From Octopus sinensis (lineage: Eukaryota), in assembly GCF_006345805.1 (NCBI RefSeq), contig NC_043003.1:85188001-85252000 (forward strand): 64,000 nt of DNA, given 5' to 3'. The position numbers and the translations under genes were made by a program. How positions within the stretch are numbered: the first letter of the stretch is position 1; every line of letters starts with the position of its first letter. The notes beneath the pieces are model-generated. The model ran no database searches. It saw only the letters and a list, made by a program, of their open reading frames with translations, and was not told where the DNA came from. Below, in pieces: positions 39,294 to 52,484 of the stretch.

Positions 39294-40174
39294 TGTATAC
39301 ATACACGTATACGTGAGTGTACATACATACATGCATGCATACATGCATACATACATACATACATACATACATACATACATACATACATACATACATACAT
39401 ACACACGGTACAATTCAGATTGCAAGGCATCAGAGTGACAGAGTGACGAATTTTCGTTTCAAGATGTCTATCCCTTTATGCAGCTTGTTTCTACGTCATG
39501 TTTATCGTTGTCGTTTTGTTTGCACGAGAGTTTAAGGACTTGAAGCATGTGTGAGCTGTCTTCGTAGCGATGTGATGTATTAGTATGTTCTCATTGACAT
39601 GTTTTTTCAATCTTCGTATCTAATTGAAACATTTTTTGCTAAATGTGTTTAAGAACTTTGCCTGTAATTGTTCATGTACGCGAGTACTAGTTTATTTTTG
39701 CAGCGTATATATACACATAAATGTATGTAGGTATGTCTATTCGTTTATTCTTTTTCCTGTTCCAGTCAGTTGACTGCGGGCATTCAGGAGAAGCACCTTT
39801 AGTCCAACAAATTGCCCCCGGGACTTATTCGTAAGCCTAGTACTTATTCTATCGGGCCTTTTCCCGAACGCTAAGTTACGGGGACGTAAGCACACCAACA
39901 TCGGTTGTCAAGCGAAGGTGGTGGGGAGGGCAAATACAGGCACACACAAAAATATGTACGTATATAATATATATATACTCACACACAACAGGCTTCTTTC
40001 AGTTTCCGTCTACCAAATCTATTCACAAGGCATTGGTCGGCTCGAGGCTATAGAAGAAGACACTTGCCCAAGATGCCACGCAGTTGGGCTGAACCCAGAA
40101 CTATGTGGTTAGGAAGCAAGTTTCTTATCACACAGCACTCCTGCGCCTATATATACACACACACACACACACAC

Positions 40175-40216
<42 letters not shown>

Positions 40217-40254
40217 ATATATATAGGTATGTATGTATACTATGTATATCTATA

Positions 40255-40560
40255 TCTATATATATAAACCTGAGAATGTGTGTCTGTCTGTCTGTTTGTC
40301 TGTCTGTGTGAATCCCTAAAACTTGAAAACTACACAACCAATTTCATTCAAATTTTACACATGCATTACTTAGGGTCCAGGGAGTTTTAACTTTTTGCCT
40401 AGGGCGAGCCCACAGCAATATCATATCTTCTCCACTATTTCAGTATTACATATTAAAAGTGAAACAAAAACATCTCTCTATTGTAATGTCAGATACTTTC
40501 ACTTTAATACTGAAACTATAAAAGTCAGACTATTATATAAGAGGGATGAACCATTAACAG
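40255..40560 (+). mobile_element. 5' part of a Helitron/HINE-type element
   Basis: TCTATATATATAAA start, then a (GTCT)n tract and ACTACACAACCAATTTCATTCAAATTTTACAC. No 3' CTAG end found. Confidence 0.6.
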
Positions 40561-40855
40561 TGGACACCCTTCGTCTTTTGGTTTCCTGTAGCTTTGCTCT
40601 CTTTTACAAACCCAGTGAACATATATTTCCTATTTCAAAGAAATTCAAACAATAGATATAAGACCCAAGTAAAAAAGATTCTCAACAATTCAACTTCTCT
40701 GGTTGACATTAAGATGGCCACCCCCAACAGGGGCCTTAACTCTCACATTTTAGAGGTCTATGGCCTTCATTTTTCAGGCGCAAAATCCTTTTAACACCGG
40801 TTGTTAAGGACAAACACAAAGATATGCGCACATCGATACATACGTATAGATATAA

Positions 40856-40888
<33 letters not shown>

Positions 40889-40938
40889 TGTATGTTTTTT
40901 CCTCTGTCTTCCCTTCTCGGGATCTTTCCTTCTCCTAT

Positions 40939-40973
40939 GTTTCCGACGAAGAGCTCCGCTCGAAACGTTAAAC
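40939..40973 (+). ncRNA. Minimal type I hammerhead, family B
   Basis: GTTT-CCGACGA-A-GAGC tcc GCTC-GAAAC-GT-T-AAAC, within an element at ~40903-41080 ending in TA-rich repeats. Confidence 0.7.
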
Positions 40974-41733
40974 CCTCCTTCTTCCCTTCTTTCCTGAGCG
41001 TCCAATATAACTTTATTTGTTCCACGTCCTCGCGTTGTTGTGTTTTTTTGTTTTTGTGTTTTCTTGTTTGGATTAACTATGTATATATGTATATATTTTT
41101 TTTTGTCGCCACTCCTTCATTCTTCCATCTACACACTCTCTCTCACTCTCTCTCTCTTCTCACCCTCCTTATTTCCTTTGTTCCTCCTTTTCTCTCTCTT
41201 CTCTTCTCACGCGACCGTTGGCCGACTGCTAGCCCTTTTGCGTTTGACCACGGTCACTGTCACATCGATATTCTTCCCTCTGCCATAAGGCTTAATTCCC
41301 AGCACGCCAGCTGAATTCAGTTCGTCTCCAGTCGAAAGACGCCTGTTGTCCTGCTATTATTATTATTATTATTATTATTATTGTTATTGTTATTGTTGTT
41401 GTTGCTGTTGTTGTTGTTGTTTTTTGTGGTATTTTTGTATTTATATTCGTGTAACATCGTCCGTTTTTCCGTCCTTCTTTCGTATACATTCGATGCTTTT
41501 TCCAAGGAATCTAATGCGCTTAGCTTAGTTTTTCCTTGGGGCTGGCCAGATTGGAGCAATCTAAAGATTAATCAGCCGAAATTGCGAGGATGATCCGGTT
41601 CTTTACTGAAGATGAAAGGCTTCGAATGACCCGTGTTTTTTTTATCGTCTATCTGGATGTTTTGTTGTCCCTTTTTTGTATCACCTGTTGCCCGGATATT
41701 TTGCGTTCTTGTCCCATTTTGCATTTATTAAAA

Positions 41734-41794
<61 letters not shown>

Positions 41795-41880
41795 GAAATC
41801 TACAAAAAGACAAAAGACGAAGACAGGTTTTTAAACAACGAGCAGGTGTATTAGTTTGACGCTCGGGAAGGTGAGACAGT

Positions 41881-41916
41881 CTTTTACGTTTCGAGCCTAC
41901 GCTCTTCAAGAGAAAG
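41881..41916 (-). ncRNA. Hammerhead, family C, core mutated
   Basis: CTTT-CTCTTGA-A-GAGC gtag GCTC-GAAAC-GT-A-AAAG. Confidence 0.55.
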
Positions 41917-41947
41917 GAACACGATGAAATAAACAGTGAATGTATAT

Positions 41948-41979
<32 letters not shown>

Positions 41980-42408
41980 GTCCGTTTATATTATAGTAGT
42001 AGTAGTATAGTAGTAGTAGTGTAGTAGTAGGTAGTAGTAGTAGTAGTAGTAGTAGTAGTAACAGAAAAGAGGAATTTCGATTATCCCCACGTGGTGAGTT
42101 GTCATGTATATAAGAAATTAAAGAAGGAAAATATGCACACTTACATAGTTTTAATATAATGTTTAATATATCGACCGGTTTCGCTATCGCTATTCATGAT
42201 ATAATGTTTTACTTATTTGCATATATATTTTTTCTTAAGAAGAAATTTGGTCCGTGTTGTGTGTGATGAAATTCACGAGTGAATGACTTTCCCTTTTTTA
42301 ATTTCTTATATATATATATATATATATACTCCCCAAAAATGCTCAAGGCCTTGTGCCTAAAGTAGAATAATGATAATAATAATAATGATTATAATTATTA
42401 TCATCATA

Positions 42409-42830
42409 GGCGCAGGAGTGGCTGTGTGGTAAGTAGCTTGTTTACCAACCACATGGTTCCGGGTTCAGTCCCACTGCATGGCACCTTGGGCAAGTGTCTT
42501 CTACTATAGCCTCGGGCCGACCAAAGCCTTGTGAGTGGATTTGGTAGACGGAAACTGAAAGAAGCTCGTCGCATATATGTATATATATATATATGCATGT
42601 GTGTGTTTGTGTGTCTGTGTTTGTCCCCCTAGCGCTGCTTGACAACCGATGCTGGTGTGATTATGTCCCCGTTACTTAGCGGTTCGGCAAAAGAGACCGA
42701 TAGAATAAGTACTGGGCTTACAAAAGAACAAGTCCCGGGGTCGAGTTGCTCGATTAAAGGCGGTGCTCCAGCATGGCCGCAGTCAAATGACTGAAACAAG
42801 TAAAAGAGTAAAAGAGTAAAGAGTAAAGAG
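42409..42830 (+). mobile_element. SINE family B, full length
   Basis: GGCGCAGGAGTGGCTGTGTGG head through to the (AAGAGTA)n tail. Confidence 0.9.
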
Positions 42831-42861
<31 letters not shown>

Positions 42862-43077
42862 ATGTATGCGATGGGCATCTTTCAGTTTTTGTCAACCAAA
42901 TCCACTCACAATTCTTTGATCGTCTACAGTAGAAGGCACATGCGCAAGGTACGTACCATGCAGTAAGATTTAACCCAGAACTATGCGTGGGCAATCAAAC
43001 CTCTTATCACAACTACGCCTGTACCTAAATTGCTTTTGTAATTCACATCTATGCATTGCTTCTTTAAATTAAATTAA

Positions 43078-43951
43078 ATCAAAATGTTCTAGGACTAGTT
43101 ATGTTTAATAAAAAAAATAATAATACCTAAGTTTTACATCATCCCCTTCGAAATAGTCACGTTGTGCAGCAGTACACCGGTGCCAGTGTTCCTGCCACTT
43201 TTGGAATCCGGCCTGGAAGTCGTTTTCAGTAAGTGAGCCGAGATCTTTCTGCGTATTCGTTCTGGATCTCGACAACGATACTAAAGCTGCATTTTCATCT
43301 CGGGGAAGAAATGGAAATCTGCAGGTATTAAATCTAACGAATAGAGCGGGTGCAGAAGCGATGTCATGTTGTTTTTGGGGAGAGAAGCACGGATGAGGAG
43401 AGCTCGGTGAAGAATCCAATTCTTCGAGATCTACAGATCCGGTTGCTTTCACCGAATGTCATCCCTCAAACACTTCAAAATATCGTAGAACTCCAAATTG
43501 ACGTTCTGGCCCTGGGGGCAAATTCTCAATGTACAATACATTTCCAGGGGTGAAGCTCGTGGCAGGACTTCCAGATCGCCAATCGTCTTCCAAGGAAGCT
43601 CTTCCGCATTTGAAGCGCCCGTGCCAATTGAAACATTGCGTACGACCCATTATTTCGTCACTGTAAGCTTGCCGAAGCATATTCAATGTCTCTGTAGCAG
43701 ATTTCCCAAGTTTAACGCCAAATTTTTACCTTGGCTCTTTGTTCCTGACCATGACAAACTCGCAAACTACAGCATACACGCGATCACAAGAACACAAATT
43801 TTACAACTTGCGAAGTAAACGCGGCAATGTCCGTCCACTCGGCACACTGCATTTTGGAGTTCACTGCTAGGTCTCACTGCGTATGCAACCGTGTACTACT
43901 ATCTGTTGGCGCGCTACAGAACAAGCCCGGGAACGTTTTGATACCACCTCG
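43078..43951 (-). mobile_element. Deleted mariner remnant
   Basis: TA-CGAGGTGGTATCAAAACGTTCC TIR at the right end. Fragments MLRQAYSDEIMGRTQCFNWHGRFK.GR.SLEDD.RSG.P and FQKWQEHWHRC...DYFEGD. Confidence 0.85.
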
Positions 43952-44768
43952 TACAGATAATTCATTTATTTTTCACTATTTGTATAATGTTATTATTTGT
44001 ATGTCATATTCTGTGTTATTACTATATTTTTGTTCGTGTCTGCACATATAAAAACGTCTTTGTATATATGCTTCGACGTCTATGTATACTTGTAAATGAT
44101 TATACTATTTCCATGCATTAGTGTATATTTCTTCGTATTTATTTGAATGGCTTATGTATTCTTGTGTAAATATAGTCTGTTAATGTGTCACTGTGATTAT
44201 TTAGATGTATATTTATATATATTTATATGTATACTTGTGTTGCTAGCTAACGGTTGCTAAACACGTTCTCATTGAAGAGGGGGGTCATTCTAACTTTCTT
44301 ATCAATACTATATATAATAAAATAAAATACAGAAGAGAATAAACTTGAAATACGTGTTTAATCAGGGATTTATTTACTCTTTGTTTGGGATATCATTAAG
44401 GTTCATCGTCGGGTACTTATTAGGTTATTAAAGAACCTAATAAGTACTCTATCTCTATTGCTAATTATACGCAAATATATGCACAAAGAAAATGAAAATG
44501 GAAATTTGCTTATTCTATCGGGATTTCAAATCCTATTGATATATCATAAAGAGCTTTTAGTAAATACTTACGATATGAGGGCATGAAGAGATTTATCCTG
44601 TTTCTGTATTTATAGTTTTACTGTGATGTTTCAAGTTCAATAACTTCTCCGCAATGCCAAGGTTATAGACAGCCTTTGATCGCTTACAACTTGGTGCTTT
44701 ATCTAACAGGTGACAGTTAATAGCATGTATGTTTAACAATGGCACATACATTTATATATATATATAAA

Positions 44769-44956
44769 AGCATTGGCTTTTCACCTAGGCGACTCGTCAA
44801 CTTAAATGGCCGAAATGCTTCTTTTTTAAATGTGGACTACTGACAATATATACATACATACATTACATGCATGCATACATAAATACATACATACATACAT
44901 ACATACATATATGCGTGTGTGTTATATATATTATATATATAGATATATATACACGC

Positions 44957-44989
<33 letters not shown>

Positions 44990-45116
44990 TGTATGTATGT
45001 ATTTATGTATGCATGCATGTAATGTATGTATGTATATATTGTCAGTAGTCCACATTTAAAAAAGAAGCATTTCGGCCATTTAAGTTGACGAGTCGCCTAG
45101 GTGAAAAGCCAATGCT
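44769..45116. repeat. ~350-bp near-perfect palindrome
   Basis: The arms are reverse complements over unique and microsatellite sequence and differ mainly in (TACA)n length. Confidence 0.93.
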
Positions 45117-45226
45117 CACTCTGTGAACGGCCATAATCAAAACATGAACAAGCAAGAAAAAGCAACAACGCGAGGATGTGGAATAAGTACAGTGTTGTTG
45201 GACGCTCAGAAAAGGAAAGAAAGAGG

Positions 45227-45261
45227 ATTTCATGTTTCGAGCGGAGCTCTTCGTCAGAAAT
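45227..45261 (-). ncRNA. Hammerhead, family B
   Basis: ATTT-CTGACGA-A-GAGC tcc GCTC-GAAAC-AT-G-AAAT. Canonical core, but the cleavage triplet is mutated. Confidence 0.65.
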
Positions 45262-45595
45262 ATAGAAAAAGTCCAAAGAAAGGAAGACGGAGAAAGAAAA
45301 TCGCCAATGATACACACGCGGTCACATATTGAAATGAACGGAAGGGAATGGGAGACGAAAAAGTTCTTTCAAGGACAGGAGAGTGCAAGAGAAGAAAACA
45401 GCAAAGAAGGGATTGACGATGTTGGAGGAAGGAGTGGAGGTCAGGCTTGGTGAGAGGGTGTGAATGTCGGTCTAGGTGTTATATATATATATATATATAT
45501 ATACATATATTTCAAAATTGGACAAAAATTGACAAAGACAGATGAAGGAACAACAAACAAGGTATATTAGTTTGACGCTCGGAGAAAATGGATAT

Positions 45596-45631
45596 CTTCG
45601 ACGTTTCGAGCATACGCTCTTCTACAGAAAG
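45596..45631 (-). ncRNA. Hammerhead, family C (A6U core variant)
   Basis: CTTT-CTGTAGA-A-GAGC gtat GCTC-GAAAC-GT-C-GAAG. Confidence 0.65.
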
Positions 45632-45831
45632 GAATGAGATCAAAACAGATGGACAGAGGGAGAAAATGAAGACTAAAAAGGTATTGTTGTAAATATATAT
45701 ATATATGTATGTAAGTACACACACAGGCACACATACACACATTCACACACGTCTATCTATATGTATGTAAGTACATACACACACTCACACACGTCTATAT
45801 ATATGTGTATGTATATATATATATATTGTGC

Positions 45832-45909
45832 GCGGCTGAAGAAGGCCATAGACACACATTATGCATTGTTATAAATCCGTCTAATAAAGGTCCGAAACAT
45901 ATGTACCAC
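45832..45909 (+). ncRNA. Type I hammerhead with extended stem II
   Basis: GCGG-CTGAAGA-A-GGCC ATAGAC...GTCTA..GGTCC-GAAAC-ATAT-GT-A-CCAC, in a short insert between (TA)n tracts. Confidence 0.72.
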
Positions 45910-46537
45910 CGAATCCTTGGCATCATGTTTTTATTTTGATTAATATATATATATATATGCTAATTCTCCTTGAAATATTCTAAAAGTATAGTATTGTTGA
46001 AACTAGCTCTTAAAAAGGTTTGCAGTCATGCCTATGTAATTAATATTGTTTCGTAGCAACTGCATATACGAATGATTTCCAACTGTTTCACTACAGAGCA
46101 CACATTTTCAGAGTGAAATTTGCATTTATATATGCTAATCGAGTTTCAGAGATTTAATTCTTCATTATTGTTTTGTTATTCAAGGATGGTGATACATATA
46201 CGTAAATATATATGTTTTCTTGTTGTATGTGTGTGTGCATGCGAGTGTGCGGGTGCGTTTATTTTTATGTCAAGTTATATAATAAAAGAATTTCCCATTA
46301 AACTGTAGGATTAATCACAAATGGAAGGTGTGGAGATGTAGATTCCATGTGCAGTTCATTCAAAGGGGTCTTGTGATGTGAATGAAAATTTCAGTGGATA
46401 GAGAGAGGAGAAGAGATGTGCATGTTAAAATGAAGAGAGAAGTCAAAGGAAAAGGTGAGAAAAGAAGGAAAGAAAGAGGAAGAGAAAATGAAAAAAAAGT
46501 AGGTGAAAAAATGTGAAAAAAGTGGAAAAATTGTTAG

Positions 46538-46954
46538 GCGCAGGAGTGGCATAGGCGCAGGAGTGGCTGTGTGGTAAGTAGCTTGCTAACCAGCCACATG
46601 GTTCTGGGTTCAGTCCCACTGCGTGGCGTCTTGGGCAAATGTCTTCTACTATAGCCCCGGGCCTGAGTGGATTTGGTAGACGGAAACTGAAAGAAGCCTG
46701 TCGTATATATGTATATATATATATGTGTATGTATATGTTTGTGTGTCTGTGCTTGTCCCTCTAGCATTGCTTGACAACCGATGCTGGTGTGTTTACGTCC
46801 CCGTCACTTAGCGGTTCGGCAAAAGAGACCGATAGAATAAGTACTGGGCTTACAAAGAATAAGTCCCGGGATCGATTTGCTCGACTAAAGGCGGTGCTCC
46901 AGCATGGCCGCAGTCAAATGACTGAAACAAGTAAAAGAGTAAAAGAGTAAAGAG
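46538..46954 (+). mobile_element. SINE family B with a duplicated 5' 17-mer
   Basis: TAGGCGCAGGAGTGGC occurs twice at the head; full body and tail. Confidence 0.9.
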
Positions 46955-47453
46955 TTGGTGGTCAAGATATTATGAGGGAGATGGCAGAGGAGTAGCGGAG
47001 GGGTAGGAACACATATGAATGTAAGTAATGAATATGTGTGAGTTGTGTGAGGTGGGGTGCTATGTTAGACTGGCACTAAGGGATGGTCACAGAAAAAAGT
47101 ATAGGAGGGGGTTTCTAAAGTGAGTAGTAAACCACAAGACGGAAATGAAGAATACCAAGAATAGTCAAGTTTCTATAAATAGACTTATGTGTTTATTCTA
47201 CTGACTAATGTGATAGTGTGGGTGGAGGAATCAAAGAGAAAGAAAGAAAGAAAGAAAGAAGTATATATCGATATACGCACGCGCGTACACATGTATATAT
47301 ATATATATATATGTGTGCATGCATTATTATAAAGACCTGCGTGCTTGTGTGTTTAAACCCGTACGCATGCATGCATATATATTTACAATTACGCGTATAT
47401 ATACACACACACTATATATAATATATATATACACACATACCATACACATATAT

Positions 47454-47514
<61 letters not shown>

Positions 47515-47947
47515 GCACTCGCATACCCATAAATACATGCATATACTCATACACGTGTGCACATATACACGCATACATGCACACATACACACCATTCACG
47601 CCCCCCATAGACACACACATACACGCCCCCCACAGACACACACACGCATATATATATATATATAATATATATGTATACATATCATATGAACATACATCCC
47701 ATACGTACGCATAGTAGTCTATATATATATATATAGTATTAAACAATTAAAATAAGATTGGAGAGTTAAAAAAATTAATGGAAAGTCAAATAGAGTTATT
47801 GGCGATTGCCTAAATGGTGTCCGGGATATTACATTCGTTCTCCTATTTCCCTCTATACTTCTTGTTTGCTTCCACTTCTAAAATAACTCTTTATATTGAA
47901 CTCTGTTTAATCATTTCACATTTTCCTCTGTCTAACCATCTCACATC

Positions 47948-47995
47948 GTCTCTGATGAAGGGTTATCCCTAATATCCCAGAAACAGCTGTAAGAT
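47948..47995 (+). ncRNA. Type I hammerhead, canonical core
   Basis: GTCT-CTGATGA-A-GGGTTAT cccta ATATCCC-A-GAAAC-AGCT-GT-A-AGAT. Confidence 0.8.
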
Positions 47996-48459
47996 TAACT
48001 TTCTCTTAATAAATGTCCTGAAAATTCCATGCACGTTTGGCTTTGTTGTCTCATTTTATTTAACATATACATGCGCATATAAAACCCGCATTAGACTCCT
48101 CGCCCGTATCATTATCGAACCGAGAGTTCAACTACAGTCCTTCAATAGCACTTACAATAGCACTTACCTGCCACCTTGGGTCTTCTGGATACCAACACCT
48201 CTCATATAACGTTAGTACGCCGGGCGAAATGCTTAGCAGTATTTCGTCTGTCGCTACGTTCTGAGTTCAAATTCCACCGAGGTCGACTTTGCCTTTCATC
48301 CTTTCGGGGTCGATAAACAAAGTACCAGTTACGCACTGGGGTCGACGTAATCGACTTAATCCCTTTGTCTGTCCTTGTTTGTCCCCTCTGTGTTTAGCCC
48401 TTTGTGGGCAATAAAGAAATATATATATACTTTTATGAAAGTTGCAAAATTATCAAACA

Positions 48460-48501
48460 ATCTGTTACTCAGAGTTTCACTTTCCCGTTCGTCGGGCAGA
48501 T
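48460..48501 (-). ncRNA. Type I hammerhead (U4C variant, short stem II)
   Basis: ATCTGc-CCGACGA-AC gggaaa GT-GAAAC-TCTGA-GT-A-aCAGAT. The 3' end runs into (TA)n at ~48425. Confidence 0.65.
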
Positions 48502-48891
48502 GTGATGAAAACTAAATCTAAATTGTGATGGCACATGTAATCTAGTGTGGTGTAGTTCAAATACATGAGTAAGCATTTAAAATTTGATTGGGTGGTTGAT
48601 CTTCAAAACATAGCTGTATAAAATTCATTACCAGTTAGGAGTTTGAGAGTGGGGGAAAATACCAGTAAGGTGTATATAGATATGAATATTATGAGATCGA
48701 AAAAAAACTTGCTTAGACCGTGAGAAAAAATCCAGAAAATGATTCATTAATTGATAATAATTCTTTCTATCTTGAAGTGGGATCGCGAGATGGGTGTATA
48801 AAAAAAAAGGGTAAAAAATATACATAGATAAAAACATACTGACGTATGTAATTACATACATACGCGCAATTATGGCGCAATATCTACATAC

Positions 48892-48924
<33 letters not shown>

Positions 48925-49967
48925 TGTATGTATGTATGTATGTATGTATGTATGTATGTAGTAAGTCATTATTCAGTTTATATGTATGTACCTAGGTATG
49001 TATGTACGTACGTAGGTATGTATGTACGTACGTATGTATGTACGTAAAATATATATATGTTATTATATATACTCTGTATATAAATCCTTTAATTTTGTTT
49101 TGCAAGAATTTTAATGTGACATCATTGTTAAAAGCAATATTTTTACTTCGCAAGGGTTATTTCTGCCAGAAAACACACGCGCTTGTTATGGTTTACTTGA
49201 GTGTCATTGTAAAACTAATGAATTTATGAATAAATTTATTGACTAGCTTATCACATGGTTTTCAATGATTTCAAGGGTTTTCAAATTTTCGATTGATTTT
49301 CATTCCTTCTACTTGTATTTATGTGTATGTGTTGCAGTGTTATTGTTTTGTTCTTTATTGCATCGGCTTGTATTTTGGTATATATTTATTTGGTCAATTC
49401 TGTTGTTATTTTAACAGAAAAATGGCTGTGTGTTTGTGTAAGTTTTTCATGTGTATGCATGTGGTTTGAATGTAAGTCACCTTGTAGACTGAACGTGTTT
49501 GTATATGTGTATAGAAGTGATTTTAGTCCCTTTAATTTTATTTTATTCTCTTTCTTGCATTATTGTCGTAATTGTGATGTGAGGTAGCTGTGGGGTTGTT
49601 GCTACTCCACTCACAATACTTTGATGAGAATTTGTATTGACTAAGAATTTGTTTCCAGTATGTATACCGCTTCTGTAACCTGTTGTAGTGTGGGATATTT
49701 TGGATGCACATCAATCACAACGGACAGAATGAAAAGAAAACAATAACAAGGGAACACAGACATTAACAAGGTGTTTAGTCTGACGGGTCACAGGGGAATG
49801 ATAAAAAAAGTCAACACTAACTCATCAGTAATTACTTAATTGTTTACTTGTATAGTTAACAGTAAACCTAGAGTAAATAACAACTAGTACGTGTTTTTAT
49901 TGGAACAGTGACCTCTTAAGCACAACAAATATATAAAATGTGTACGCAAATATGCGTGCATAAATGT

Positions 49968-50004
<37 letters not shown>

Positions 50005-50930
50005 GTGTGTTGTGTGTGTACGTGTACGTATGTATGTATGTTCTTATTTATGTATTATATGTCTTAGGTATAATTTATGCGCTTACACAAATGCCTATCT
50101 ACATGCCCTCATACATATACACATGTGCATGTGTGAATTTGCATACATATACATACACACACACACAACACATATATATATATTCATATATATATATATT
50201 ATATATATGTATATATATAATATATATATATATAATATATATATTAAGGTAGTAGAAAAATACAACATGGACAAGAACGTATAACTCTAGGACGATACAA
50301 TAAACATGGACAGGACATTCGAACCCCTCAGTCTTCAGTCAAGAACCGGATCATCGTAGTAATTCGGCTGATATATATATATATATATTATATATGAATA
50401 TATATATATATTCAAAGGACTTCATAGACACATAGAAACGAAGACAGAAATACAACCACACACACAAACACGCACACACACATAACACAATTACACAAGT
50501 ACGTAGGCAAACGTGTGTGATTGTGTGTATATTTAGCGCTATATTGTAATTCCGCGTTATCTTACCTTTCACTCCTTTCCCAAATGCATTATTAGTCAGA
50601 CATTATATACGACCATCTAGAAATAGAACAAAGAATTCAAGTCTTGACCAAGCTAGTTTAACACGCTACTTTTTATTCTTCACTCTTTTCTTTTTCACCC
50701 TTCCATTAGAGTTTTATTTTCACAACGCAATACATTGTTTCACAGATAAACGAGCACTTGTCTGCGATATTCGTACACCACACACACACACACACACGAG
50801 CGCATACACAGACAGACACACACACACTTATGTATGTATACATGAATATGCATGTATACACACACTCACACATATATATATATATGTTTATATATACTTA
50901 CAAATATACACATGTGCATACACACACACG

Positions 50931-50985
<55 letters not shown>

Positions 50986-51065
50986 AAATATATATAGCAA
51001 TTACATAGATGTGTACATAGCTATATACGTATATGTGTTATATGTATATACATATATATATAATA

Positions 51066-51114
<49 letters not shown>

Positions 51115-51379
51115 TATATATTAAAATTCAAACATATAAGAGATGGCCATTATAGGACATCTGACTCACTAGAAGAGCAGTTAAACTCCAAACCACTAAT
51201 AGTTGTAATTCTGAAATGGAAAGAGAATGTTTGAATGTATATTACATAGTCTATTAACTATTTTATCTCTCTCACTAGACCGCTGGTAGCGGAGAATTTT
51301 TCTAGAACTTTTTTTTGTTACCCTAAAATTTATTAATATATATATTGTCTTCCCTTCTCTGGATCTTTCCTTCTCCTAT

Positions 51380-51414
51380 GTTTCCGACGAAGAGCTCCGC
51401 TCGAAACGTTAAAC
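51380..51414 (+). ncRNA. Hammerhead, family B
   Basis: Identical to the motif at 40939-40973; the element (51346-51508) is flanked by (TA)n. Confidence 0.7.
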
Positions 51415-52484
51415 CCTCCTTCTTTCCTGAGCGTCCAATAATACTATATTTGTTCCACGTCCTCGCGTTGTTGTGTTTTTCTTCTGCTTTCTTGTTTGGA
51501 TTAACTTTATATATATATATATATATAATAAACCTTTACATAAATAAATAACGTGAAATACACGAAGGGACGAACATAAAAGACAAACGGGTCATTCAAA
51601 GCCTTCGTTCTTCAGTCAGAAACCGATTCCTCATCGCAGATTTCGGCTGTTTAATTCTGAGATCCGCTCTGAATCGGCCAGCCACCACACACACACACAC
51701 ACACATATATATCTATATATATATATATATATATAGACATCCATAGAGAGAGGGGAAGGGAAGGAAAGATAGTAGCAGGGATATATATACTTTCATATAT
51801 AGCTAGAAAGATAGATGTGTGTATATGTGTGTGTGTGTGCGTGTGCGTGTGCGTGTGGTGTGTCTGTGTGTGCCTGTGTGTGTGTATGTGTTTGTATGTG
51901 TGTATGTGTAAACACATACATATACATGAATATTCATGTGCACGTTTTCATGCCTCTGTGTTTATATGCGTAAAAATAATGTGCGTGTCTATATGCATGT
52001 ATGTACATATATACACATTTTTATATTATAATAGCCGGATAGCAAATATATTCAAAGATATGCAAATGCATACATTCACTTTCAATTCTAATGTATATGC
52101 TAACTCATATATACACTCATACATACATACATACATACATACATACATACATACATACATACAAAAATACCCTGTTGGTGATGTTGAAATTCCAATGATG
52201 GAGCCTTGAATCTAGGTTAGAAACCGGTTCTTTCTCTATTGGCAAAAAATCTTGAAATAAACAGAATAATGACATACACACGTACATACACAGACATATA
52301 TACACACGCACACAAACAGATATATATATATATATAATATATATATACATGTGTATACATATGTATATATGTATATATATACGTATGTATTTAGATATAT
52401 AAATGCATATTTATACATACATATGCATACACACACGCACACATACACACACACACACACACACACATTATATATTTATATCTA

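Noticed and set aside
41020-41045. HDV-like ribozyme suggested by ACG-TCCTCG-CGT in family B tails
   Set aside because: A P3/L3-like hairpin is present, but the downstream sequence is T-rich with no P1.1, P4, catalytic C or P2 partner.
45083-45116. TTGACGA...GGTGAAAA hammerhead-like string in the palindrome arm
   Set aside because: C3 is missing and no consistent stem I or stem III could be built.
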